Source: an uncultured Spirochaetota bacterium (lineage in GTDB: Bacteria > Spirochaetota > Spirochaetia > SZUA-6 > Fen-1364). Taken from it: a stretch of DNA of 64,000 nucleotides. Shown piece after piece: positions 1-10,070 of this stretch. Made by a program: the position numbers and the translations under genes. Location: positions 448,001 to 512,000 of the forward strand of contig CAWAHW010000001.1 of the NCBI GenBank assembly GCA_963781885.1, given 5' to 3'. Each line of letters starts with the position of its first letter. Within the stretch, counting starts at the first letter, position 1. The notes under the pieces are model-generated. The model worked only from the letters and a program-made list of their open reading frames with translations. It made no database searches and was not told the DNA's origin.

Positions 1-470
1 CGTCCCCCACACTGTCGAGGGCAGCGACACGGAGAACTCCTGTGCCAGCAAGTTCGCTGCCACCGGCAAATGATGCTTGGAGTCTGTCGTGACTTTAAAC
101 TTTTTCTGCTGGATGCACTTCAGTCCCATCTCCTTTCTCAGGCGGGAAATATGATCGCGCCCAACCTGCTGGTTTTCAGCCGCCAGTTCCTCTTGGAGCC
201 TGAGCGGGCCGTAGGTGCCCCTGCTTCGTTTGTGCGCGCAGCTGATCAGCCTCTTCAACACTGAATCCTGAATCTCTCTGCGTGACGGTCCACGGGTCAG
301 CCACTTGTAGTATCCGCTACGGGATACCTCAAGCACCCTCGCCATGAGCTTTGTTGGATACACGAGCCTGTAGGCCTTCATGAACGCGTACCGGGCAATG
401 ACTCCTTTGCGAAGTACGCCGTGGCTTTTTTTAAGATTTCCCGCTCCATGCGGGCTTCGGCCAGTTCTTT
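1..470 (-). mobile_element. IS3-family element, 5'-truncated and running off the window (orfA C-terminus plus orfB N-terminal part)
   Basis: Minus strand reads orfA end KELAEARMEREILKKATAYFAKESLPGTRS* (TGA at 380-378), an A7G slippery motif at 432-425, then orfB RYAFMKAYR..VLEVSRSGYYKW..YGPLRLQEEL..KKFKVTTDSKHHLPVAANLLAQEF, typical of IS3-family transposases. The left IR and orfA start are missing. Confidence 0.9.
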
Positions 471-663
471 CAATGCCGCCGGGGTCCTGGGAAGAGTTGC
501 CAGTCAGGGTAAGAATGCTTCCGTCGGTCCAGTCGCTGAAATTTCCGTCGATCTGAATGGCCGCGCTGCTCACGGTTGGTGCAAATGTGGCAGCGAGATC
601 ACACCCAAACAAAAGAGAGACTGCGGCGGCAAGAATGAACGCACCAAAATATGAGCACTTCAA
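471..663 (-). pseudogene. 5' fragment of a lipoprotein gene, joined in frame to IS3 orfB
   Basis: RBS AAGGGAG, then TTG at 663. Reads MKCSYFGAFILAAAVSLLFG-CDLAATFAPTVSSAAIQIDGNFSDW.. with a lipobox Cys21. No stop before the window edge. Confidence 0.7.
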
Positions 664-894
664 CCGAGTTCTCCCTTAGGCGACTTTCCATAAGTGTTGG
701 CCATGCATATCGTTGTTTCTTCCCCATCTTACAGGGCTTGCGCCTTTCGTCAAGATAACTTTGGTCGCGTCATGACCTGCTTTTTCGAGAAGCGCGGCCT
801 CAAGCTTGGTCGAGGGAGCAAGCAGGAAACGGGCCGCTTCGCCCAAGAGAAGCTCGCGTTGGTGCTCCTTTCTTGGAGCGCTGAAAGGACGCCA

Positions 895-1833
895 TCATGG
901 AGCCTCCTGCAGAAAGAGGACGACTTCTTGGGCGATCAGGTCCGGGTATTGAAAAATCAAGCCGTGGCCAACTCCTCGAAGGCGAACAAGCCATGCGTCG
1001 GAAATGGCTTTGACCAAAAGGTCTGAGTTATCGGGCGGATCAATGACGTCATCTTCGCCAGTGATAACCAAGGTAGGCTGCATGATCTGCCCCAACCGAG
1101 AAAAAGATCCACTCCAATTCTGGATCGCCCGGTACTGACGTTCACAGTTCTCGACGGGGTTTATTGTCGTTCGGACCGGAAAGTAGCTGGGGATATTCGG
1201 GTTCTTCTGCAACCAGGCGTTCGGAAAGAGGGCCCGGATCAGGCGCATGCCGCGGTCTTGGGGAGTTCCCGAATTGTCGGTAAAGATCCCCATTCCCTCG
1301 GGCCGCGTCGGTATCTTCTCGTTTCCGCCAGGCGTCCCCGCCAAAAGGACGAGCTTCTCCACGCGGTCGGGACGGGTGAGGACGAGCTCCTGAGCGATGT
1401 CGGTGCCCATCGAGTAGCCTAGCACGGCGGCTTTCTCGATGCCCAGGGCGTCCATTAGCCCCAGGGTGTCGGCTGCAAAAAGCGGAATAGTGTATTCCTG
1501 TTCGGAGGATTGCGACCGCCCCATTCCTCGATTGTCGAACACGATAACCCGGTACGAGTCAGACAGGCGCTGGATCAAACGGGGGCTCCAGAGGTCCAAA
1601 GAACCCGCATACCCCATGATCATCACCAGTGGTTCCCCTGAACCGAATTCCTGATAGGCGACGTCGATATCTCCGACATGGACGAACTTGTCTTGGGCCG
1701 GATCGAGGATCGGCGTTTGCGCCGATGTCGAAGGGACCAAAATGGTCAATAACAGCAACGCCAGAATGGCAGAAGCCGCTTTCCGATAAGGAGTCAAAAC
1801 CCTCTTAAGGCCTGTTTTTTTCACGTCGATCAT
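895..1833 (-). CDS. Secreted alpha/beta hydrolase
   Basis: Signal-like N-terminus, FDNRGMGRS, nucleophile elbow GYSMG, GEDD and GVGH catalytic motifs. AAGGAG RBS before ATG 1833. Confidence 0.9.
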   Translation of the reverse strand: MIDVKKTGLKRVLTPYRKAASAILALLLLTILVPSTSAQTPILDPAQDKFVHVGDIDVAYQEFGSGEPLVMIMGYAGSLDLWSPRLIQRLSDSYRVIVFDNRGMGRSQSSEQEYTIPLFAADTLGLMDALGIEKAAVLGYSMGTDIAQELVLTRPDRVEKLVLLAGTPGGNEKIPTRPEGMGIFTDNSGTPQDRGMRLIRALFPNAWLQKNPNIPSYFPVRTTINPVENCERQYRAIQNWSGSFSRLGQIMQPTLVITGEDDVIDPPDNSDLLVKAISDAWLVRLRGVGHGLIFQYPDLIAQEVVLFLQEAP

Positions 1834-1870
1834 CGGTTTCTCCTTTTTTTGACGCGGGTCCTTTGCCTCT

Positions 1871-1886
1871 TGCAGTGCATATACCA
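1871..1886 (-). promoter_or_regulatory. Possible sigma54 -24/-12 promoter of the hydrolase gene
   Basis: TGGTATATGCACTGCA has GG-N10-GC spacing but is an imperfect match to consensus. Confidence 0.35.
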
Positions 1887-2533
1887 CGGGCCTTGTGGGT
1901 GACGGGTAGTGCCAAAAGTCATGGAATGGTCATGGTGCCTGGGAAAGAAAAGGCAATGGAGCTGGCACCCTATCCTCTTATAGCGGCCGAAAAGCCAAGC
2001 GACCGAAGGCGACTTATCGGTCTTTGCCTCCGCTTGTTCGTGCGATGAGAATTTTCTGCCCCGTCTGGTAGGTGAAATCGAGATTGGGTGGCTGCTCCGT
2101 ATGGCTTGGTCGGCAGTTTGTGCCTATATTCAATTCCTGACGCGCAGGCGAGTGGGGCGGTTTTCGTGAGAGGAGGGCTGAAGCAGTGGATCCGAAAAGA
2201 ACACGACTGTGCTCGCACCTGCCTTCAGTCCATCATCGCGTCTGTGCAGGAGCGGTTCTCCATCATTTCTGAGTTGGTCCAATCCGATCGTGTGCGACCA
2301 TTCTGCAAGGTCGCACACGCCGAGCAAAGCCCTTTGTAGGGATGGGTTGTTCCGAACCCCTCGTGTCACTGCCCTATTCCTGCCTTCTTGAAATATGGGA
2401 GAATAGACTTTATGTGGGCAAAGGTGAGTGCGTTGAGGATGTTGAAAATCCGGCCTAAGTCGAACACGCGGGAATCGGCGGCGCAACCGTCCTCGGGATG
2501 TTTTGAACTGCCTGCCGGGCGGGGGGGAGCAAG

Positions 2534-5137
2534 GTGAGAAAGCGAGTAAAACGCCTCCAGCACAACCTCGAACAAGAAAAAGCCATAGTGCGGACACTGA
2601 TTGACAATCTGCCCGATGGCATTGTCTTGAAAGACAGAGAAAGCCGCTTCATCTTCGCCAATCGGGTCATTGCGGAGCTGATGGGAGCGGCTGACCCATC
2701 GGTTCTGCCTGGCAAGACAGATCGCGATTTCTATCCCCAGGAGGTGGCCGATGCGTTGCTTGCAGAAGAGCGAGTTGTTATCGAGACCCGCAAGAGTTTG
2801 GTCAACAAGGAAGAGTCCAAATCGTTGTTGGGCGGGATGAGACGGGTCCTGACCACAAAGGTCCCGGTTTTTGACGCCGCCGGCGAGGTCACCGGCCTGC
2901 TTGGTATAACGCGCGACATCACGGAACGGCACAACGCGGAAGAAGACCTTCAAAGAAGTGACCGCCGCTACCGCGATCTCCTGGAGCAAGCCCCTGACGG
3001 GATCTTTCTCCTGGATGAAAAGGGGAACTTCCTCATCGCGAACATGACGATCTGCAATATGTTGGGATACTCGGAAGAAGAGCTGCTTCAGCGAGACATC
3101 CTGGATACCTACCCGCAAGAGTTACGGGAGGTGGGCAAGGCGCGTCTGGAAGAAATCATCTCAGAGGGGGCGGTACGATTCCAACGGCAGATGATGAGGA
3201 AGGATGGGTCTTCCTTTCCAGTTGAGATGAGTGCCCGAAGACTGGCAGATGGAAGGCTGCAAGGGATCGCGCACGACATCACGGAACGCAAACGCACCGA
3301 ATCTAAACTGGCTCTCGAGCGCAGGCTTCTCGAAGTCCTCCTGGACAATATTCCGGACTATATCTACTTCAAGGACACCCAAAGTCGCTTCATTCGTACA
3401 TCAAGGGCGCACGCAAGGATATTTGGCTTGCATGACGCCAAAGAGGCTATTGGAAAGACCGACATGGATTTTTTCTCCGAGGAGCATGCTCTGAAAGCTC
3501 TCGAAGATGAACAGCGCATCATTCGTACTGGCGAGCCCATTCTGAATGTGGAGGAAAAGGAGACCTGGCCAGATCGGCCGCAAACATGGGCCTTGACGAC
3601 CAAGATGCCCCTGCGTGATCAGGAAGGAAGCATCATCGGCACCTTCGGTATCTCACGTGACATCACCGAAACGAAGCGGGCCCAAGAAAGCATTTTGAGC
3701 CTCGCCCGATTTCCCGACGAAAGTCCTCACCCCGTCATGCGAGTCAAATCAGATGGGGCGGTCATTTACAAAAACAAGGCGAGTGAGGCTATGACATCAT
3801 CCTGGGCGGGTGTGGTTGACAGAAAAGCTCCCGAAGAGTTCTTACGTACGCTCACCCTTTCATGGGAATCGGGTGAGCAGAGGGAACTCGAGCTTCTCGA
3901 GGGCCAGAAGTCGTATGTTGTGACATTTGTGCCGTTTGCCGCCGAGGGGTATGTCAACATCTATGGCAGAGATGTGACAGAAGAAAAGAAACTGAGTGAA
4001 CGACTGAATCAGGCCCAGAAAATGGAGGCAATCGGTCAACTGACAGGAGGGGTCGCCCACGATTTTAACAATATCCTTCAGGCCATCACCGGCTATTGTG
4101 AGGTACTCAGACCGGGATTGGCCGAGAAGGACCAGAAGTTTTTGGCAGAGATCACCAAGGCGACTCAAAGGGCCGCGGCGCTCACCGCACAGCTTCTCGC
4201 ATTCAGTCGAAAGCAAATCTTAAGGCCTCAGGTTGTCGATACGAAGGATCTCATTGCCTTCATTCAAAAGATGCTCGAAAGGGTCATCGGGGAGGATATC
4301 GAGCTGCGAACCTCCATCGATCCCGATACGGGGAACTTTCTGGCAGACCCCGGGCAGATGGAACAGGTCCTGCTGAACCTCGCAGTCAACGCGCGGGACG
4401 CAATGCCTTCGGGGGGAACGTTCAGTATTGAAACTTCAAATCGCACATTCGACGAGGCCTATGTTCGCGATCACCCTGGGGCCAAGGCGGGGCTGTTTGT
4501 TTGCATCGCCGTGAGTGACACCGGAATCGGCATGGATCAAGAAACCCTCTCGCACATCTATGAACCGTTCTTTACCACCAAGGAGCTCGGGAAAGGGACC
4601 GGCTTGGGCCTGGCAACAGTTTTTGGGATCGTCAAGCAGAGTGAGGGCTATATCAACTGCTACAGCGAACCCGGCAAAGGAACGACGTTCACGATTTATC
4701 TCCCGGTTGTTCGCGCGGAGGCCGACAGACCGAAGGTTGTAGCCTCTGGAGTGCTTGCCCCGAGAGGGACGGAAACAATACTCCTCGTAGACGATGATAC
4801 GTCGGTTCGCAGCATTACACGGATCGCACTTGAGGGGGCGGGGTATTTCGTCATCGAGGCCTCAAGAGGAAAAGAGGCTCTGTCCGAGATCTCGACGCGC
4901 CACATTGCCGTCGCGCTGTTGGTCACCGATGTCGTCATGCCACAAATGAGCGGGAGAGAGCTCGCCCAGAAGCTGGAAGAGGCTTGCCCGGGAGTGAAGG
5001 TCCTTTATGTTTCGGGGTACACGGCGAATGTCATTTCGCACCATGGTATCCTTGAGACGGGAGTGGAATATTTGCAGAAGCCTTTCAGCACGATTGAGCT
5101 GCTCACCAAGGTGCGAGAGATACTGGACAGGCGATAA
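2534..5137 (+). CDS. Multi-PAS hybrid sensor histidine kinase/response regulator
   Basis: Several PAS/PAC repeats, H-box GGVAHDFNN, N-box LNLAVNARDA, FFTTK..GTGLGL, C-terminal receiver LLVDDD..TDVVMP. Confidence 0.95.
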   Translation: MRKRVKRLQHNLEQEKAIVRTLIDNLPDGIVLKDRESRFIFANRVIAELMGAADPSVLPGKTDRDFYPQEVADALLAEERVVIETRKSLVNKEESKSLLGGMRRVLTTKVPVFDAAGEVTGLLGITRDITERHNAEEDLQRSDRRYRDLLEQAPDGIFLLDEKGNFLIANMTICNMLGYSEEELLQRDILDTYPQELREVGKARLEEIISEGAVRFQRQMMRKDGSSFPVEMSARRLADGRLQGIAHDITERKRTESKLALERRLLEVLLDNIPDYIYFKDTQSRFIRTSRAHARIFGLHDAKEAIGKTDMDFFSEEHALKALEDEQRIIRTGEPILNVEEKETWPDRPQTWALTTKMPLRDQEGSIIGTFGISRDITETKRAQESILSLARFPDESPHPVMRVKSDGAVIYKNKASEAMTSSWAGVVDRKAPEEFLRTLTLSWESGEQRELELLEGQKSYVVTFVPFAAEGYVNIYGRDVTEEKKLSERLNQAQKMEAIGQLTGGVAHDFNNILQAITGYCEVLRPGLAEKDQKFLAEITKATQRAAALTAQLLAFSRKQILRPQVVDTKDLIAFIQKMLERVIGEDIELRTSIDPDTGNFLADPGQMEQVLLNLAVNARDAMPSGGTFSIETSNRTFDEAYVRDHPGAKAGLFVCIAVSDTGIGMDQETLSHIYEPFFTTKELGKGTGLGLATVFGIVKQSEGYINCYSEPGKGTTFTIYLPVVRAEADRPKVVASGVLAPRGTETILLVDDDTSVRSITRIALEGAGYFVIEASRGKEALSEISTRHIAVALLVTDVVMPQMSGRELAQKLEEACPGVKVLYVSGYTANVISHHGILETGVEYLQKPFSTIELLTKVREILDRR

Positions 5138-5325
5138 CAAGAGATGGTGAATCTGAAAAGGCGTTATTTGGGCAATGACCGCCGGCACCATGATGTTGAG
5201 CAGGCTGTTTTCGCAGATGACCCGCAGCTTATTGATTGATCCCCTCTCCTCGCAGGAGACAGAAAGCCCTTTAAGAGAGTATCCCCGAAAATGGAGATCG
5301 ATTATATTGATGAGGGTGGAGAGAC

Positions 5326-5568
5326 ATGGAAAGCCTCCTTCTGGACCTGCTGGAGTGGCTGGCAAAACACGATCGAAGCTATGATGAAGTAATGGACGCG
5401 TGGAGGACCTCCTGTCCCAGACTGCCGGTCTGGGAGGAAGCGAATGATCGCGGCCTTGTCGCAAGGACCCCCCTGCAGGGGCGCATTATGGTCGGGATCA
5501 CCCCATTGGGGCGAGCCTTGCTGGAGCAGCGCCGGCCCGGCGCAGTTGAAACGTTCCGCACCGCCTGA
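5326..5568 (+). CDS. Small conserved hypothetical protein
   Basis: RBS GGAGAG. Reads [27 protein letters not shown]. Ends 5 nt before the dehydrogenase start. Confidence 0.7.
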   Translation: MESLLLDLLEWLAKHDRSYDEVMDAWRTSCPRLPVWEEANDRGLVARTPLQGRIMVGITPLGRALLEQRRPGAVETFRTA

Positions 5569-5573
5569 TTCCC

Positions 5574-6558
5574 ATGAAGGTCTCGATACTGGATGACTAC
5601 CACGACACGCTGCGCACGCTCGAATGCTTCCGCAAGCTTGACGGCCATGACGTCGAGGTCTGGAACGATCATGTACAGGACGCGGAGACGCTGGCCCGTC
5701 GCCTGAAGAACACGGAAGCCCTGGTGCTGATCCGCGAGCGAACCAGGATCGAGGCTCCACTCCTTGATCGCCTTTCCAAGCTGAAGCTGATCAGTCAACG
5801 GAGCGTCTACCCGCACATCGACGTCGACGCCTGCACCCGTCGCGGCATCATCGTGTCCTCGAACATGCACGCGGGCGCTCCATCGTATGCAGCGGCGGAA
5901 TTGACCTGGGGGCTCGTTCTTGCCGCAATGCGCGAGATTCCCGGACCAAGTGGCCGCGCTCAAAGCGGGGAAGTGGCAGGTTGGTGTCGGCAGCAGCGTG
6001 CGCGGGAAAACCCTCGGGATCTTCGGCTACGGTCGCATCGGGAGTGTGGTGGCGGGGTACGGCAAAGCCTTCGGCATGAGAGTGCTGGTGTGGTCGAGCG
6101 AACGGTCGCGGGCGCGGGCGTGGGCGGACGGCCATGAAACGGCGGTCGGGAAAGACCAGCTCTTTGAAGAATCCGACGTCGTGTCACTGCATCTACGCCT
6201 GGTGGAGGGCACACGCGGGATCGTCAAAGCGGGGGATCTGTCGCTCATGAAGCCCACGGCACTCATCGTGAATACAAGCCGAGCTCCTCTCATCGAACCG
6301 GGGGCGCTCGTGGAAGCGCTGCGGCGGGGTCGCCCGGGAATGGCGGCGGTGGACGTGTATGAAGAAGAGCCAATCGAGGACAGGCACAACCCCCTGCTGG
6401 AGATGAGCGGCGCCATCTGCACGCCGCACATCGGGTACGTCACCCGGGAGGAATTTGAAATACAATTCAGCGACATCTTCGACCAGATCACGGCATACTG
6501 CGCGGGAACGCCGATCAATGTCGTCAATCCGGAAGTGATAGCCGAGCTGAAGCGCTAA
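5574..6558 (+). CDS. D-2-hydroxyacid dehydrogenase family protein (one frameshift near 5941)
   Basis: ORFs 5574..6137 and 5920..6558 join. GYGRIG NAD-binding, VNTSR, DVYEEEP and TPHIGY motifs. Confidence 0.9.
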
Positions 6559-6623
6559 AGCCCGCCGGGGAATAGGCGATGGATGCGTCTACCGTGATGC
6601 CGCTCTTGTTAATCTTGTATCCC

Positions 6624-7871
6624 TCACCTATCTTCATTCAGCTCCCGTTCGAGTTTCGCCAGGCATTCAGGGCAGATCCCGTGGCTGAACTCCACCTCGG
6701 CGTGGTCCTTCATGTATGTCTCTACCTGATGCCAGTACCCCTTGTCATCACGGATTTTTTTGCATGAAGCGCAAATAGGTAGCAGGCCTCTGAGCTTCTT
6801 GACGTTCATAAGCGCGTCGCGCAGCTCGCCGATCAGTTTCTCTCGCTCTTCCTCAGCGCGCCGGCGTTCACTGATGTCGCGCAACAGAAGGATTCTCCCC
6901 ATCTTTCGCCCCGATCGGACCGAAATCTCAGCGACAGAGATTTCCAACGTTACTGACGGGTCACTCGAAAGAGATGGGGTGAGGGTTTCGCTCCCTGCGC
7001 GACGGCGAAGAGCTTCGGCAAGAGCCGGGAAAACTTCATCGAACTTGGTTCCGATCGCGAGGGAGTCGACGTGCAAGGCTCGTACCGCATTCTGGTTGAA
7101 ATCAGTGATCCGATCGAGTGAGTCCAGTACCATGAAACCCTCCTGAATGTGTTCCACCAGCGTCGCGCGCCCCTGGGGAACAAGGTCCAGGAAGTGAAGG
7201 CGATTGAACGCCGTGACGATGAGCACCGCGCTGATTGCAAATCCAAGGGAGGCGGTGTCCATTCCGGGGAATGGACCGTCGGGGATCAAGTAAAGGATGA
7301 CGCCAACCCACGGGATGAGAACGCTGACCACGAGGATGCCTGCTTGCGCGATATAGAGCCGAGCGGTCCGCATGACAACTCGCAGCAGATGGTAAAAGGC
7401 AATGAGGCATTGAGCGACGAACCAAGACAAGGCGATGTAGTACCAGATGCCTTGCTTGTAAATGACGGTGTTTGTCCCGCGAATCGGCCCTGGGGTGAAA
7501 CCAGTCCAAACGAGGTGGTGAAGGCCGTTGGTGAAGGCCAAAATGATTGTCGTTGTGGGGACAGCCCAAAAGCCTAAAAGCATCCACCCGTTCAGCGGCC
7601 AATCAGAACCAGCGTATTGGAGTGAGAAAACGAGGAACAGAGGCGGGACGTTGCAGAGGCCAACGTAGCTTACGGCGCGCCACAGGTATCTGTGTGAGGC
7701 ATCCAAGGAGGTCGTCTCCATCGCCGAGAAGAAGCACCAAATGGCGATCCCCAGGAGCGCAAAGGTCAAGGCCGAGCCTCCCGGGACCCTGCGCTTGCGC
7801 CACGCCGTGCCTGCCGCAAACAGGACGATCAGGGATGTGCCGAATAATATGCTTGAGAAGGGCGTGATCAT
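6624..7871 (-). CDS. HisKA_7TM-type membrane sensor + PAS + C-terminal Cys4 module (no kinase domain)
   Basis: About 7 TM segments with FTNGLHHLVW, a PAS-like region ending LLRDISERRRAEEE, tail LLPICASCKKIRDDKGYW..FSHGICPEC. Confidence 0.85.
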   Translation of the reverse strand: MITPFSSILFGTSLIVLFAAGTAWRKRRVPGGSALTFALLGIAIWCFFSAMETTSLDASHRYLWRAVSYVGLCNVPPLFLVFSLQYAGSDWPLNGWMLLGFWAVPTTTIILAFTNGLHHLVWTGFTPGPIRGTNTVIYKQGIWYYIALSWFVAQCLIAFYHLLRVVMRTARLYIAQAGILVVSVLIPWVGVILYLIPDGPFPGMDTASLGFAISAVLIVTAFNRLHFLDLVPQGRATLVEHIQEGFMVLDSLDRITDFNQNAVRALHVDSLAIGTKFDEVFPALAEALRRRAGSETLTPSLSSDPSVTLEISVAEISVRSGRKMGRILLLRDISERRRAEEEREKLIGELRDALMNVKKLRGLLPICASCKKIRDDKGYWHQVETYMKDHAEVEFSHGICPECLAKLERELNEDR

Positions 7872-8243
7872 TCTGGTGGTGCGATATGAGCCGAGGGCCT
7901 TACCGTGCGAACTGAAGTCGGCATGCGCTTTTCCTCGAATTGGGAGGTATGACTCACTCTTGACCTTCGATAATACAATGGTTTCGAGGTTTTCCAGTAG
8001 TTCTTTCGTCGGAATGCCAGGCCACCGAACATTGGCGCGAAGGGGCTTTGCGGCGCATTTCTGGGTCGCTCGTGGTGAACCCGTAGATCTCTATTCTCGC
8101 CCACTGCCGTATACTATGCTGCTCAGGGCACATCTCGGGGAGCGTGCGTGGCGTTTATCTGGACGCTGCATGAAGCCGAACGCGGGGGACGGCGGCGCGG
8201 ACGGCAACTTGCCTGAGTTGAATGTCTTGGCTGGAGGCAACGA

Positions 8244-9963
8244 ATGACACTGAAGTCGTTATTGATCAAACTTGTGTTTTCGACTGCTCTCATCTCGGGC
8301 GCCGCGTTTGCAGATGGCAGGAGTATCGAGCTTAGCCAAATCGACAAGCTGCTGCCGAACCTTCCAAAGAACCCATCCAGCATAAGCGAGCTGGCCGACA
8401 GCGTGAAAAAGGCGTCAGACATGGATTTGGTTCGCGCTCGACTGATTTACAAATGGATCATCACCAATATCCAGTACGACTACGCAACGCTGGTTTCATA
8501 TGAGATCGGAGCCAAGGGAGTGCTGGAGAGCACAAGCTGGGACCAGTTGGCGGCGAGGATTCTTCGGGAGAAGAAGGGCGTCTGTGGTGACATGTCCTTC
8601 CTCTACTGGGTCGCCGCCAAGGACGCTGGCCTCGAATGTGAGAGCATTCTTGGCTGGTTCTCGATGCAGGATGGTGAGCTTCCCAACGATGCGTGGCAGA
8701 GAGGCGTACCGAATCATCGTTGGAATGCGGTCAAAATCGACGGCAGCTGGAGACTTCTTGACTGTGCTGCGCAGGAGTTCCTTGACCCTCCAGATCAAAT
8801 GATACGAACCCATTATCCACTTGTGCCTTACTGGCAGCTTATGGACTACAGACGGCCGGCAAAAACCCCGACTGCTCCCCCACTGGACTACCCTGGCGCC
8901 GCCTCATCAGGAGTTCGCTTCATCACTCCTGTCAACTGCCTTAACTTCACCAATAGGGGTCCCTTCGAGTTCGAGCTGGCAAACCCATCCGGCACGCCCC
9001 TCTCCGTCGCTGTCTCCAAAGGCTGGGAGACCGAAACGGTTCCCGCAAAAGCTGAAAACAAGGACGGCAAGACCTATGTCACTGTCGACTTCACTGGACA
9101 CGACGAGAAGGACTACTACACTGCGTCTGTTTTCACTGACAAGGAACCGCTGTACTGCTTCTTTATTGTTCTAGATAGTGCACTGGGAAAGGATCCCTGC
9201 TTCTGGGTCTCGGTTTCGCCGGGCTCGGTTGCCGAAGCCCAGGGGGCCATCGCGACCAGTACGTTGAAAATACAGAGCTTCAACAAATTCGAAATCCGCA
9301 ACGGCAATAAGCGTTTCAGGTTTGCCACGCGGAGTGACGGCGACGCTCTCGACCAACCCGGCGACGCCCGTCGCCGACGGGAATCTGACTTCAACCCTGG
9401 TCTTCACTTCTTCCGCTTTTGCAGCAAGAGGTACAACAAATGTGACCGTCACAGGAACATCAGGATCAATGGATCAAACCGTTACAGTTCCCCTGACAGT
9501 GACCTCGAACATCACGGCGCAGTTCGCACTCGGCACCGGTCTCATAAACGGCGATGTCGATTTCTATGGGGGTGTGCGCTATGGCCTTGGCGGATTCCTG
9601 GTCGGCGGGAAGGTACCGCTTTGTTATGGAGTTGCGGCAAGATTGTCATACTTTGGAGCTGTCGATTCCGGAAGCAAAGTCTACTACAATTATATCGGCA
9701 TTCATGCGCTGGGCACTCTCGACCTTGCGTGGAAAGACGTCCTTCCCAATTCTGCCTGGGCCGCGCCAATCGATTGCTACATTGGTTTCGGGGCTGGTAC
9801 CTACCTTTACGGCGATAGTTCGGGGTCTTTCCAGCCCACTCCAGATCTTATGGCGCTCGTCGGTGTCAGTTGGACCATCACACCCACCCTTACGCTCAAC
9901 GAGGAGGAAAGCTACTGCGGCTATGGCTTCAGTGGAGGAATCGGCTTGCTCATTGCGCTCTAG
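8244..9963 (+). CDS. Secreted transglutaminase-like protein with Ig-like and beta-barrel-like C-terminus (frameshift near 9293)
   Basis: Signal peptide. IYKWIITNIQYD, GVCGDMS and NHRWNAVKIDGSWRLLD give a Cys-His-Asp triad. Removing one A at about 9293 joins SATAISVSGLPRGVTAT to ORF 9322..9963. Confidence 0.8.
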
Positions 9964-10070
9964 TGTTCTTTGGCAAATGCAGATCGTGCTCGACCGTGCC
10001 GCCGGCAAACACACCGGAGACGTGGCATCGACGTGAAAGGTCAGCGCACGCACAATGCAGGAGCCTTGCA

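Noticed and set aside
2289-2319. 11-bp inverted repeat CGTGTGCGACC-N9-GGTCGCACACG
   Set aside because: Single hairpin with no U tract and no second copy seen. No function can be assigned.
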